Source: Pelomyxa schiedti
Lineage: Eukaryota > Protista > Evosea
NCBI GenBank assembly: GCA_020536535.1
Contig: JAHLWZ010000808.1
Span: 62,001-126,000 of the forward strand
Length of the DNA: 64,000 bases
Reading direction: 5' to 3'
Part shown: positions 1 through 15,429 of the stretch, piece after piece
Position numbering within the stretch: position 1 is the stretch's first letter
Layout of the letters: each line of letters begins with the position of its first letter
Made by a program: the position numbers and the translations under genes
The notes under the pieces: generated by a model
What the model saw: only the letters and a program-made list of their open reading frames with translations
Database searches by the model: none
Told to the model about the DNA's origin: nothing

Positions 1-2144
1 ATCAAGCTCTGTTGTCGTTGTTGAAGAGTTTGAAAAGAACGTACACGCTGTACGGCGCTATGCCGGGGACGTACGACCCGAAGTCGTTTTCTCTGTCACC
101 AAGCGAGGCTACGGCGGCAAAAACGACCAAGGCCAGCGACGATGCGGGCGAGAGACCGACCGCGGCGAAAAAACCTGAAAAGTCAACCAGGAGAGATTAC
201 AGCCCCAGCGATGCTGTGAAGGTTAGGCTCTTGACCAAGATCTCGGGAGAATATGCGAACGTTCCGGCTGCTACTCCAGCCGCTGCGCCGGCTCAGCCAA
301 CCAAAAAACGTCAGAGGAAGACCTCCAAGGCATCCACACCAACGGAAACTGAATCTATGCCAGTGGAAAGTCCCGTCACAGTAACTGGCCCTCATCCACA
401 CCCGTCGGCACCAGGTTCTTGAATTCTTACATTATGCATGCAACTAACGAGTTTCTCTTTTCAGGTGTCTCTTTAACAGAAAACACAGCTGTCCCGGGAA
501 GGCAGCCTTCTAGTGCGGCCAAGACAGCTGTAATTGAGGACATGGACGAGTAAGATATAATCCCTTTTTTTTCTATGTGATGACAAAATAACCAACAACC
601 AAAAGAGCTGCAGTCGATGCAAGCATTAATGCAAGCCTTTCAGCAATCCGTCAAACTGCACATGAGCATCTCCCCTCTACATCCACATCTTCCACTACCC
701 CAAATAACCTGGCTCTTGTTAAATCCTATCAAGTTCCTCTACTTAGTGACATTGGAAAACCAGAGTGGCATCCCCCCTGGAAATTATATAGAGTACTTAA
801 CCTCCACTTCTGTTGTAAGCTGATTCTATGCAGGTCATAGCAGGTCATCTTGGTTGGGTTCGTTCAGTTTGCGTTGATCCAGCAAATGAATGGTTTGCAA
901 CAGGTTCTGCTGACAGAACAATCAAGGTGAAAAGGTTGAAATGCCGGAAATGGCTTAACTTTAATCAAAGATATGGGACCTTGCAACAGGGCAGCTCAAG
1001 TTGACCCTTACTGGGCACATCAACTCAGTACGTGGCTTGGCAGTAAGTGCAAAGCACCCTTATTTGTTCTCGTGTGCAGAAGATAAAATGGTAAAATGCT
1101 GGGATTTGGAGTATAACAAGGGTATGTTATCTTCTGCAATATGCTAGCTAGACAGTAATTCCTATTCTAGTTGTCAGGCAGTACCACGGCCATTTAAGTG
1201 GTGTGTATTGCTTATCTTTGCATCCCACTCTCGATTTGCTTACTACTGGTGGACGAGACTCTGTGTGCCGGGTAAAACACCGACTCCTGCGTAAAACACT
1301 TTACATCCTGTAGGTGTGGGATATCAGAACAAAAGCACAGGTTCACGTGCTTGAAGGCCACAATAACACTGTTTCGTCAATTTGCTCACAGGGACCAGAT
1401 CCACAGATTATATCTGGTAGTGCTGATACAACTATCAAGTGTGAATCTACTCTAATTTACCATTTACTAACAGTAACCTAGGTATTGGGATCTGGCAGAG
1501 GGGCGTTGTATAACTACTCTTACCCACCATAAAAAGGGAATACGAAGCATGGCTATTCATCATACAGAGTATTTTACCAAACTCGGTAACTTTCGATTTA
1601 TTGGTACCAGGTTTACCATGATGTCGGGTGCAGCAGATAACCTTAAAAAGTGGCGACTTCCGAAAGGTGAGTTCATGACCAACTTCACTGGGCACAACAG
1701 CGTTGTTAATGCGATCGCCTTATCTTCGGATAACGTTCTAGTCAGTGGTGGAGACAACGGTTCGTTTCTAACATTTCCTAGGGTTTTTTACCTGACATTT
1801 CATTAGGGTCACTGTATTTCTGGGATTGGAAAACTGGTTACAACTTCCAGCAAGAGCAGACAAAACCACAACCCGGTCTTGTTTAAAGCGCGTTGTATAC
1901 TGGTACTTACACAACCCTCAGGTTCTCTCGAGAGTGAAGCCGGTATTTATGCTTTGTCATTTGATCAGACAAGCCTAAGGCTCATCACATGTGAAGCCGA
2001 TAAATCTGTCAAACTGTGGAAAATGGATGAGGAAGCAGTAAGACTCCAAATCCTACTTTCAATTCCTTACTTGCTTTTTCCAAGACTCCTGAGACCCACC
2101 CCGTCAAGAACTGGAGAGTTCCAAAAGACAAAAAGAAGTTTTAA
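1..2144 (+). CDS. PLRG1: Pleiotropic regulator 1 / Prp46 (WD40 spliceosomal NTC protein), 5'-partial, multi-exon
   Basis: Spliced exons give [56 protein letters not shown] and [33 protein letters not shown]. The N-terminal KSLKRTY and [12 protein letters not shown] segments resemble the PLRG1 N-terminus, and that frame is open to the window edge. Stop TAA 2142-2144. Confidence 0.95.
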
Positions 2145-2186
2145 ACTGCTTAACAAGAGAATTTCTTCATCAACCACAAACAATTC

Positions 2187-3122
2187 CTAAATCAGTTTCT
2201 TTACTCTCAAGAAAAATTTGAGTGAGTGTAGGCCCCAGAAGGAAAATCCTAACAACAAAAGCATTTGCAGCAAAGCCCAAATGTACATTCGTTTCACGGT
2301 TTTGTCTGAACCGGTTGCAAATGCGTCCATCTTTGCTCTCTGAAGACAATTTGGTGAGTTGCTTTGCACATGAATTCAGGTGGGCTACTTGATAATAAAC
2401 TTCTGCTTTCATCTGTTCTACAACATCATTGGCGTGCCTGATAGAAAGCTGGCACCGAAATGAGTTTAGGAGAACTGGGTGTAAGTTACCACCTCAATTG
2501 CCGAGATATGAAAAGCAGAATAGTCCACAGCGTGAGCTCCTGTTTTGATTGACACTTGTAGTTTGACATGGGCACCAAACCAGCGGGAGGTATTGGTGGC
2601 AAAGCAAACTTGGTGTTCCCCAGCAACCTTTCATAACATTATGAAGAGTGTGAATAGAGACTACGGAAGGCATACTTCTGAAGTGAACCTGAAACTTTCA
2701 CACACGGAATCGTCAACTGATAGTACATGTTCTCCATCAGGATCCACAAGCCAAGCCCTCACTCCGATTTTATCAAGGGTGTCAGTTCCTCTATCCAAAA
2801 CAGAACTCTTCGACAGTGGCCCAACAATGCAGTATCTCACTAAAAAGAGGCAGTGTCATTTCCATGTAACAAAAGCGAGGGGGGGAAAAAAATACCCAAA
2901 CCAATACTGTCAATCCTCATAGCACGACTACATACCATGCAGGAGAGTCAATTCAGGAAGGTCTGCAATGAAGCATTTTGTACGGCCAGGCACGAGGTTG
3001 GCGTCAAACATTGCACCCACATTCTGACTGAATCCGCACAAAAAAAGAACCAGCACAGCCACATCAATACCCACCAGTATGTTCCGATATCCACGACACC
3101 CCATGTGCACGCGCACTCCCAT
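2187..3122 (-). CDS. p24/emp24/gp25L (TMED) cargo receptor, probably alpha subfamily
   Basis: Signal-peptide-like N-terminus followed by RTKCFIADLP (GOLD-domain start). Coiled coil IRHANDVVEQMKAEVYYQR, then TM segment MYIWALLQMLLLLGFSFW and C-terminal FFLRVKKLI* (FF plus dilysine-like tail). Confidence 0.85.
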
Positions 3123-3281
3123 AACAGCAGTTTCCCACGGTTCTAAACGGTTGGAGCCAACACAGACCTCTCATGATTACGCCCCAACCCCAGGAAAACG
3201 AAACGGTTTTGCTGAAGTTTTGATTCGTTTCTCAGAAAAACAACCAGAGCGGTCAAGACGGGAGGGACCGAGTCGTTTAGC

Positions 3282-6622
<3,341 letters not shown>

Positions 6623-6662
6623 AAAAAAAGTCGTTTTTCAGAGAAATCAGAGGAAGTTCTTT

Positions 6663-9277
6663 TTATTCATGTACGGTCACAACTAAACCAGAGCAACCTT
6701 TGCAAAACATTTTGAACTTGTAGCGATATTGCGGGGGCGTTATCTTTATCACACTGGAATTTCTTTTGAAGGAAATAGTCTCCACAGACCCACCCTCACT
6801 CAGCAGGTCCTGTACATTGCGTTATTCAGAACAACATGTGTTCACATCGTTTCTACCTGAGTGATTGTATCAATCACGTCTTTGATTGTCTGGTTTGGTT
6901 CCACAAGCACAGATAAACATTCGCCTTTGATTTCCACTTCAACCAGAACATGTTCCTCCTCGACCACTTCCTGCCTCTGAACTGGTAGTGGTTGTACTTG
7001 CATTGAAGTGGGAGGTGGAGCTGCAGGTGTGAGTGCAGGTGCCGTTGGGGTTGGAGTTGGCACAGTTGTTGAAGATGCTGCAGTCTGGTGTTCCCCTGGT
7101 TGTGTGTGCTGGGGTACAGACTGGGCTTGCTGAGGAGGTGGCACTTGTGCCTGAGGTCGGGGTTGTGAGTCGGTGGTCTTGGTAATTCCTGGTTCTCCGG
7201 CTTCCTTCTTTTTTTGCTGTAATTCCATGAACTTGGGCTTTCCAAGAATAGTCACAAGGGTGCCGAATAATGAGCCATTCACTGCAATATGGACATCAGA
7301 AAAGATGATCTTTTCTGCCAGAGCCTTGCTTTTAGAAGCATTTAGTGCCGACACGAATGAACTGAGATAAATCTTATTGGGAGTACTATAATCTGCTTCT
7401 GAGCCAGCAAAGAGCTCTGGGTGATCTAGAACAGCTTCAGGGTTCTGCTGCGCAATTCCATTAAGTGTTGACGAATCCAGCCGAGAAGCTAGCACAGGAT
7501 ACCGCAGGATGCATGCTGGTTGTCCTCTGGCAAGTGCATTGAGAGTTTGTGAGTTCACTTTGAACAAATTTCTGTTTATGTACTCAGCAAGTAAGGAAAC
7601 GATCTTGGGATCTAAGAGAAGTTAAAAGAGAGCACTATGTGCAATGTCATACTGGATGCTGCCTCTTTCAAGGAGAATTCGAGCGCTTGAGAAGCAGAAG
7701 AACCATAGATAGTACCCTCTGTATCATACTGCAGAAGAAATTCCAGTAATTCAACAGACCCCAGGGTACAAGCAATGGATATAGGTGTAGGAAGACCACT
7801 AGTCTGGCCTCGGAGCAATCCAGGAAGTGCCATTGGTGGAGTATGCTCGAAAATGCACCGTAAGATTTGAATTATCACAGGGAAAACTGCACTTCCACAG
7901 TGCAGGTATCTAGACACCATTGCACTTACGATGTCATGGGTAGTGACTGTGATGTGGGAGATTTTTTCTTCTAACTGTTCAGGAGTAGATAATGCCAGGA
8001 GCTGCCGCTTTTCATATGTAGAAGAGGAACTGGAAAAGGGTTACACAATTACAAATATTAGCCATACGAGATTAGTCTAATTTCTTTTATGCAGCTAGTG
8101 CAAGCAACAAACACGGTATTGTCTGCCAAATCTATGCAAATTCCACGGCAATTTTGAAGGCATGTGCTCTGCAGAGTACCGTCGGCCATCGTATTACGTA
8201 TTCCGCCAGATTGTGGTACTAATTGTTCGTTAGAAGAAGCCGTGAGGAAAACAAACATACTGCAAAATGACATAGTTTCATCACAGACCCAAAGGTTTCC
8301 TTGAAGGTCACACAAAATTCCTTTTATTTGATTTGGCCACCTTGTATATGCGGTTCTTGGCGGTTCTATCCCATTGACAGTATCTTTTACATGTCAAAAG
8401 GTGTCCATGTGCAAGAAACTACCATTCAAAGGGACTTCCCAGACCAACTTAGTGGAATCAAGGACGTAAAGGATCTGGCGAATGGGGTCTAGTGCCAAGT
8501 GTTCTGGATGGGAAAGCGAAAGAGTAAGTCCGTCTGTATTTTGGACACTCCAATTTGCTCCTCGTACAACGGTAACATTTCCTAAGTGGTGATGGGTGGT
8601 GGCTTGAGACAAGAGGAAAGTAAACCTTCTGCAATTTTTCTGATACAGTTGTTATTGTAGTCCGCCACATATATCACCCCCGAAATGGGATCTGACACCA
8701 TACCCATCGGACCATTGAATTTACATTCACTTAGAGGCCCGTCTTGACATCCAGACACGCAATTTCCCGCAAAAAGGCTCACTGTGTTTTCTTCTAGGAA
8801 GTTGGATTGAAAAGAATGGAAAAGCAATTTCTACCATGAATCTTTCTAATGCAGTTACTGCCAGTATCTGAGACGAGCAGTGCCCCATCTCTTGTGACTA
8901 CCATGCTGTGAATACGCCTAAATAAAGCTTCCGAAACAGGGCCGTCACGATAACCGTGCTCATTTTCTGGATTACGCGGAAGTATTGTAGTGACATTTTT
9001 GTCTGTGGATAGAAACTAAGTCAGCTTGTGGGAACTGTGTCGATAGACGACCTGTTATCTTTCGGATAACATTATATCCTTCTTCCAGAACATACAACTC
9101 CATCCTCAAGAAATCAAAAGCCATTCCTGAGGCATAAGTAAAACTGGAGCTACTCCTTGGCCCGTCATTGTACCCAGACTGATACTGGAACTGATAGTAG
9201 TTCTCTGATACCTTGTACTGTTGACTTAGAGCTCCTGCCTTGGTGGACACAGTATATAGGTTAGGGTGTGCTAACAT
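6663..9277 (-). CDS. NHL-repeat protein with ankyrin-like middle and putative ubiquitin/PB1-like C-terminus
   Basis: NHL repeats DGPLSECKFNGPMGMVSDPISGVIYVADYNNNCIRKI and DGPVSEALFRRIHSMVVTRDGALLVSDTGSNCIRKI. Ankyrin-like TPISIACTLGSVELLEFLLQY. C-terminal VEVEIKGECLSVLVEPNQTIKDVIDTITQ. Start codon and last exon are inferred. Confidence 0.7.
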
Positions 9278-9446
9278 GATCGAGTTTCTCTGTTTTAGGT
9301 AATGAGAAAAATGGACTTTGTTGTAAAAGAGATACTTTCTCACCAAAAACTAACTTGGTGGGAACTTGCTTTTGTACGTCATTTATGGAGGGATTCAATT
9401 GCGGGGAACCACTTTTTTTTTTCGTACAGTAAAACATTGATCTAAT

Positions 9447-12400
9447 TTACACATTCATTCTCTTTTTGAATTTTCCCCAGCCTTCTTGCAGCTTCATCTT
9501 AGAGGCAGAAGCCATGTCAGTCAACTGTTCTGGTAATTCAATGTTGATGCCTGGGGTGTTGGGGTTGTGTGAGGATGCTGATGATGGGTGAGATGTGTGT
9601 GGTATGGAAGGTAGACTGCTTGGGGGTACTGAAGGAAGGGAGGGAAACAGTGAGGTGAGTTTGTTCCCACTAGGTGCCGGCATGGGTGTGGGAGTTGGTG
9701 TGGGTGGTGGTGCGGGTGCAGTTGTAGTTGTAATTGTGGCTGTAGGTGGGGGCGCCGGTCCAGGTGTTGTGCTGGTTTTAGGTGCCGCTGCCGCAGTGGT
9801 CGCGGCGGCAGTGTGGGGTGTGGGTTGGTTCCCTGGCGGCATTGAAGGGGTGGTTGAAGTCCCAGGTACTGATGGGAGGGAAGTTTGTGATATTGATGGT
9901 AGGGTGGCTATTGCTGGAAGGTGGGTATGGGATGGAGAATTCGTTGCGCTTGGTGCTGGTTTTGGTTGTGGTTGTGGTTGTGGTGCTGCTGAGGCTGTGT
10001 GAGTGACAGTGTGTGCCGGTTGCGGTGGAGGGTTTACCTTCGCCGGCGGAGGTTTTGTGTGTTCAGTATTTGATGTTTGTTGATGTTGTGAGTGCTGTGG
10101 GTGAAGCATAAACTGTGCTACTTTTGCTAAAGCGTCAGCTGGAGATTGGGAGGGTGTACTCACCGATGTAGCACTTGCTGAAGGGCGAGGTTGAGTTGAG
10201 ATTGGAGATGGGACAGCTGTGGATGGGGGACGTGATGTAGTAGAAGGTGGCAACTGTGGCACTAATGGTGCCGAGACAGTAGATTTTTCTATTAGAACAC
10301 TAGGAGCAGGTTCAGTAGACGGAACTGAAGCTGCAGCGGCTTGGGTCTCAGCGGTCTTCTGTTGTTTAAGCACTTGTTCTGTAAGGGTTTTAATTCGCTC
10401 TTTGTCATACTCTGCCTCTCGCTCAAGGGCACTTATTTTCTTTCAAGAAATGAACTCTTAAGAAGGAAGGTAAGGGAAGCAAACAGCTTTCAAGGCGTCT
10501 AAGTCGCTATCTTTGTTTTTGATTTCAGTCTTCATCGTAGAATTTTCAGATTCCTATGTCTGGTAAGGTATAGCAAAATATGGATGCTTTTTTTTATTAC
10601 TAGAGCAGTTATTCTTGCCCGAAACAGGGTCAATGCGTCTTCATGTGCCTGATTTTTTACACGTATTTCATCTTTAAGTAACACTATTTGAGATTCGGCT
10701 TTCTTTCTTAGCTGCTCAGCCCTTTACGTCAGTCAGGTGTGTGAATATGAACACAATATACAGACTCTGTATTCACAACAGTGAGACTCTCAATAATAGA
10801 TTTCATCTGACGCATAGGAACAGAGGGGAATTGCTCTTCAAGCATACGTAAAAATCTTTTTGAGGTTACTACTTATTGGTACTGATCAGTCTGCCATACC
10901 TGCGATTTTCTGACGCTAATGCATTATTCTTTGCCGTTAAATCTTCGTTTTCCTGCATGAGGGAGTTTATCTGCAAACATATTAAGTGCCAGCCCAAAAC
11001 TTCAAACACATGTACTTTGTGGGCTTTGGCATCTTCTGATGTCAAACGGGCCAGCAGGTCACATTTGACAACTACAAATTGCTGCTCCAAATTGGAATAT
11101 GCTTCTTGTGTCTGATGCAGTTGCTTTTGTAAGGTGTCTGTTTCAACTCTGAATTACGGTGTTGGGAGGTCCCAAAAAGCTTAAAAAGGGTACTGATGAT
11201 TCTTGGCTTGTAGACTGAGTTCCTCACTCATAGCTTGCTTGAGTCGGTCTAAAGTTGCATTTGGTTGGTTGATCAGTCTCATGTGTATCAAGGGACCTAA
11301 GAAAAATTGAATGCAATAGTTTGATAAGATCAATTATACCTGCAGAACCAGGAGTCATGCAGGCTGGGTTCCATTTAGGACCATGGAATGCAAGATCCAC
11401 ATTTTCAAGTTGCAACTCCACCGATTGTTCAACTAATGTACTCGTCAGTGCTGTTTCATGTTCCAAGGAGTTTATTTGTCAAGGAAATTGACTCACCGAT
11501 GTCAATTAGAGGAGTGTCTGGCGCAGGATTTAGAGCCTTTATCTTTTCTCTGTTTTTCTTGATCTTTTCCCCTATCAGCAACAACTTGTCTGGGACGGTT
11601 CCAGAAGCCTGTGACGCATGAATCCAGATTTCATTTAGTTCATTTGTACCTGAATTTGAAAGCTTGAAACAGAAACAGAGCCCCGAGCAGAGAGGCGCTT
11701 CTGTGTGAATGTAAACGCACAGTATTTGGAAAAATAAAACCTCAGATAACGCCAATTCCCCTTTATAAGAAATCTCGACCATGGATTCATTTTTATTGAC
11801 AATAGCTTCTCCAATGGTTGACCCACTTCCGCCGATTGGTAGAAGATGGAAGGTCACAGGATTTCCTGGGAAGCTGAGTAACCTCCCCTGAAGGAAGTTA
11901 AATTAAATTCGGTAATCACTAGGTACTACCTGTATCCCCTTACAGGTGGCTGAAACAATAGACAAAAAGACAGAAAGAAAAGGTCAGTCTACAAAAGATA
12001 CATGTTGTTCCCAACCAAAAAAACTGAAAGGCACTACAGGAATCAAAGAAGTTTCTAAGGTGCATTTTGTTTCTTCAATAAGCACAGAACACAGCTGTTC
12101 TTCTTGGTCTTTGGAAGAATTATTGATGTAGTTGGTTTATTTTTTTAGGAAGGAATTACCTGTAGTTTGTCGAGAAAAAATATTAGTGACATCTTGGACT
12201 GTTTTGAAAGTAGCCAAAGATTCCTCAGAAAGAGAGCCAATGTAATCTTTTGAGTGTGGGTTTTAAGATCTTATTGGAGGAGGTACCAAGGACTTCAGTA
12301 ATTGATGTTGTTGAGGCTGATATATCAACTTTCACTGGGCCCAACGTGAATTTACTCTGTGTCCTATCTTTGTTAATACTACAAAGGGCATTTGTGGGTA

Positions 12401-15258
12401 CCTTAGATTCAATAATGAAAGGGGGTGCACAGGAATTGCGTTTTGGTGAGCGGTTGTTACAGAAGTAGATGTATGTGGACCATGGGAATTGGTTATGGGA
12501 GGTGAATGTGGAATTGTAGCAGTAACACTAGCGAGTACAGTTAGCCCCTTCCGTATTGTGGAAGACAAGATCTGCACATGAGGTTTTAGGATTGCAAGTA
12601 ATGCAATAAGTGAGGATTCTGTTCCACAGTTAGTGATTTTCAATTTGATCTCCTATACGATGTAATGACAGGATGACTGAAGATATTTGTGCATCAAATT
12701 GCCCTTTTGCAATTTCTTGCTAGTAAACTTAGAAGACAAAAAAAAAAAAAAAAGATAAACCGTGGGATCTAGGGTGACATTGAAATTTTTAGTAAAAAGC
12801 TGCCAGGGTGCAACCTCAAACTAAAAAGGAAAAACAGTGAGCTGGAAGACATATTAAACTATGCGTTGTAAAAACCTGAACGGCAATGGATATGGGGTGA
12901 AGTAAAAGGGGTGCCGAAGAAGCATTCTCCCCTCGTTCTATAGAATCACAAAACCCAAGGGAAAGTGCATCAAAAGATAACTATCAAAAAGTTACCAGTC
13001 ATCATTAAGGAACAGAACGTTACTGTTGCTGGTAGTCCGGGGTTTGTGGGATCCACTTGGGTGTTCGGTTTGTTTACCAGACAACACATAGATTTTAGGT
13101 GAACTGCCAGTGTATGAGGAGATAGATTGCATCGCAGTTTCACAAGAATGTCCCCTACCTATGAGTAGACAAGAATTTATTTGTTAAACTTGAGGTCATT
13201 CATGAAATGGGTCAACATTCACGGTCATCTGGCATTTCTTCAGCTTTTGTAAATGCTTAGCCAGGGGAGTTGTTGGTGTGCTACCAGATGATAATGAGGG
13301 AGCCAAAACTATGCCTGCCAGATTTTGAAATATTGGACTTGTGATTAATGCATAGTCCTGTGCATCAACAAACATTTCAAGTGGCGCTACTTCAATTCCA
13401 AGTTCAGCCAGTCCCCCTTTCATCACGAATCTGCCAGTTGTTAATGAACTCTGGAGAATGAGGGGAATGGGGCCTACTGTATTTGCAAGAATTTCTTTTC
13501 TGGATGGGTGGAAAGTAATGGTGGGACTTTTAACTGAGGTGATTTGATTACAAAGGAAGATAATCCGGCGGAAATAGACAACAGAAGGTGTTTTCTCTTT
13601 TTTTTGGTAGAGTGACCAGTGGGGTCTGTGATAGCTCTAAGAGCTGTTACTTAGAGAAATTAGGTAATCTTAACCTACTGGTCTAGGGTTGAGGCAACCA
13701 TAGCATTTAGACCATGTGCTTCAGCATAAAGGGCTCCAAACTTGATGTGCATTGTTGATATGTTGGCCTCCATGGAAACTATAAGTCCACTGTCTTGGGA
13801 GTCCTTCTAAAAGTTAAAACGTTGCGTAAAATGGCTTGTGTGTTGTACTGTTTCTTCAATTTCGAGTTCTGGTGTCAAATCCTGTGTAAAGTTAGAATGG
13901 AAACAAAGTAAAAAGTTCGCCAGGTACCTCGAGATCTGCATCTACAGTAGGTAACTCTTCACCTTCGTTCTCGCCATGTGACAGGGTCTCCAATTCCAGT
14001 CCCAGTCCCGGGATGTTTATTTCCGCCACTTAGGTATTTAGACATTTCCCACCATTTCATGGTTGTACCTTTAGCTCCAGAAGTGTCGCGAGAGAAACAC
14101 CATTGAGTAGCTGCCAGGAAATGAAAGCCGATGCCAAGGCTGCTATCGTCCAGTGAAACATCGATAGTAGGGACGCTTCCACCCAATTTCACTTCAATAA
14201 GCCGGCCTGTCTTAGCATGCCTCAAGATTGCTACCTTCACATTTTTTTGGTTAGAGAATTATTATTCCTTATGCCTAGATACATGGCTGTTAAATGGAGC
14301 GATAGACATAATGTGTAGTGGAGCAGGTTTGGTGACAGGAGCATGGTCAGTAGAGTCTCTTGTGTGGCAAAGAGATACTGTTATCTGAGAGGAAAGTTAT
14401 GTAAGACTACATCCCTTTGTGTGCAAATACCTGTCCAAGGACAATCTCCTTATAAATTGTGACCTCTCGCTTTCCTGCATTCATTTGCTTGAGTACTTCC
14501 AGATCAACAACCTTACGATTGTTGGAAAAGAAAAGTCAGAACGCACCTACCCTTCTTTGTGAATTAGTAGAGAACAAATCAAAAGAATCCACAGTGATTT
14601 CACAGAATTGAGTGCATTTAAGAAAGTGTGCTTGTAAGTGCATGTTTGTGACTTGTACATGAACATTTTCCAACAGTGTGTCAATAAAACCACGGGACTC
14701 TGTAGAATCTGTATTTCCTCTAAATGTAACGAGGAGTGAGGATAATTCTTGTGTGTCAAAATTTTAACAAACAAACAGGGAGTGCTGTGAAATTAATTAC
14801 TGAAAAAGGGAAATACTGACATACTTCAAAATTTTCTTCACTGCAGACATGTCAGGTAAAACTACAAGTTCTTCTGCCTCTTTTATAATTACATTTACAT
14901 CTGAAATGCTCACAAATATAGGTTCATGCTTCAAGTTTGTCCAGGGGACCTGAATAAAATGAATTCCAGTAAGAGCAAGTAGGAGGAAGTAATACTCGAA
15001 TTTTTAGAGCTCCCACAGTAACACGCTTAAGCTCCAACGTTGGGGGAAGGTGCATCAAGTGTTGGACAACCTGTTCATTCAATTCTTTCCCCATTATTCG
15101 AAATTCACGCACTGCAATAAGCAAAATCGTAGAATACCCATGTTGTTCAAGCGCACTTCGCCCTTCAACAAGCTCAATGACATGTTTTTGTCCGAAGATC
15201 TCAAGAACACCCTCATGTAGTCACGCAGCACCTTGTTCAACACTCCCGCTGCCGCCAT
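9447..15258 (-). CDS. Bridge-like lipid transfer protein, BLTP3/UHRF1BP1-like (Chorein_N) with C-terminal coiled coil and Pro/Thr-rich tail
   Basis: The N-terminus MAAAGVLNKVLRDYMRVFLRSSDKNMSLSLLKGEVRLNNM..ELNEQVVQHLMHLPPTLELKRVTVGALKIR matches the VPS13/BLTP Chorein_N pattern. Many minus-strand exons follow down to a 308-aa Pro/Thr-rich terminal exon. Internal exons were not all resolved. Confidence 0.8.
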
Positions 15259-15429
15259 TTATTCCCTTTTTCTCGTCCTTCCGCCTCCTTTTTGTTGACT
15301 TCTCTTGTTTCGAGTGGTTTTTTTTATGAACTTTTGATCTAGATGGTAGGTTTTTTTTTGTTCGTTTTTTTTGTTTGGGTGCTAGGCATTCCTACCCGGA
15401 TGCCATTGGCATTAGGGTTTTTTTTAATC

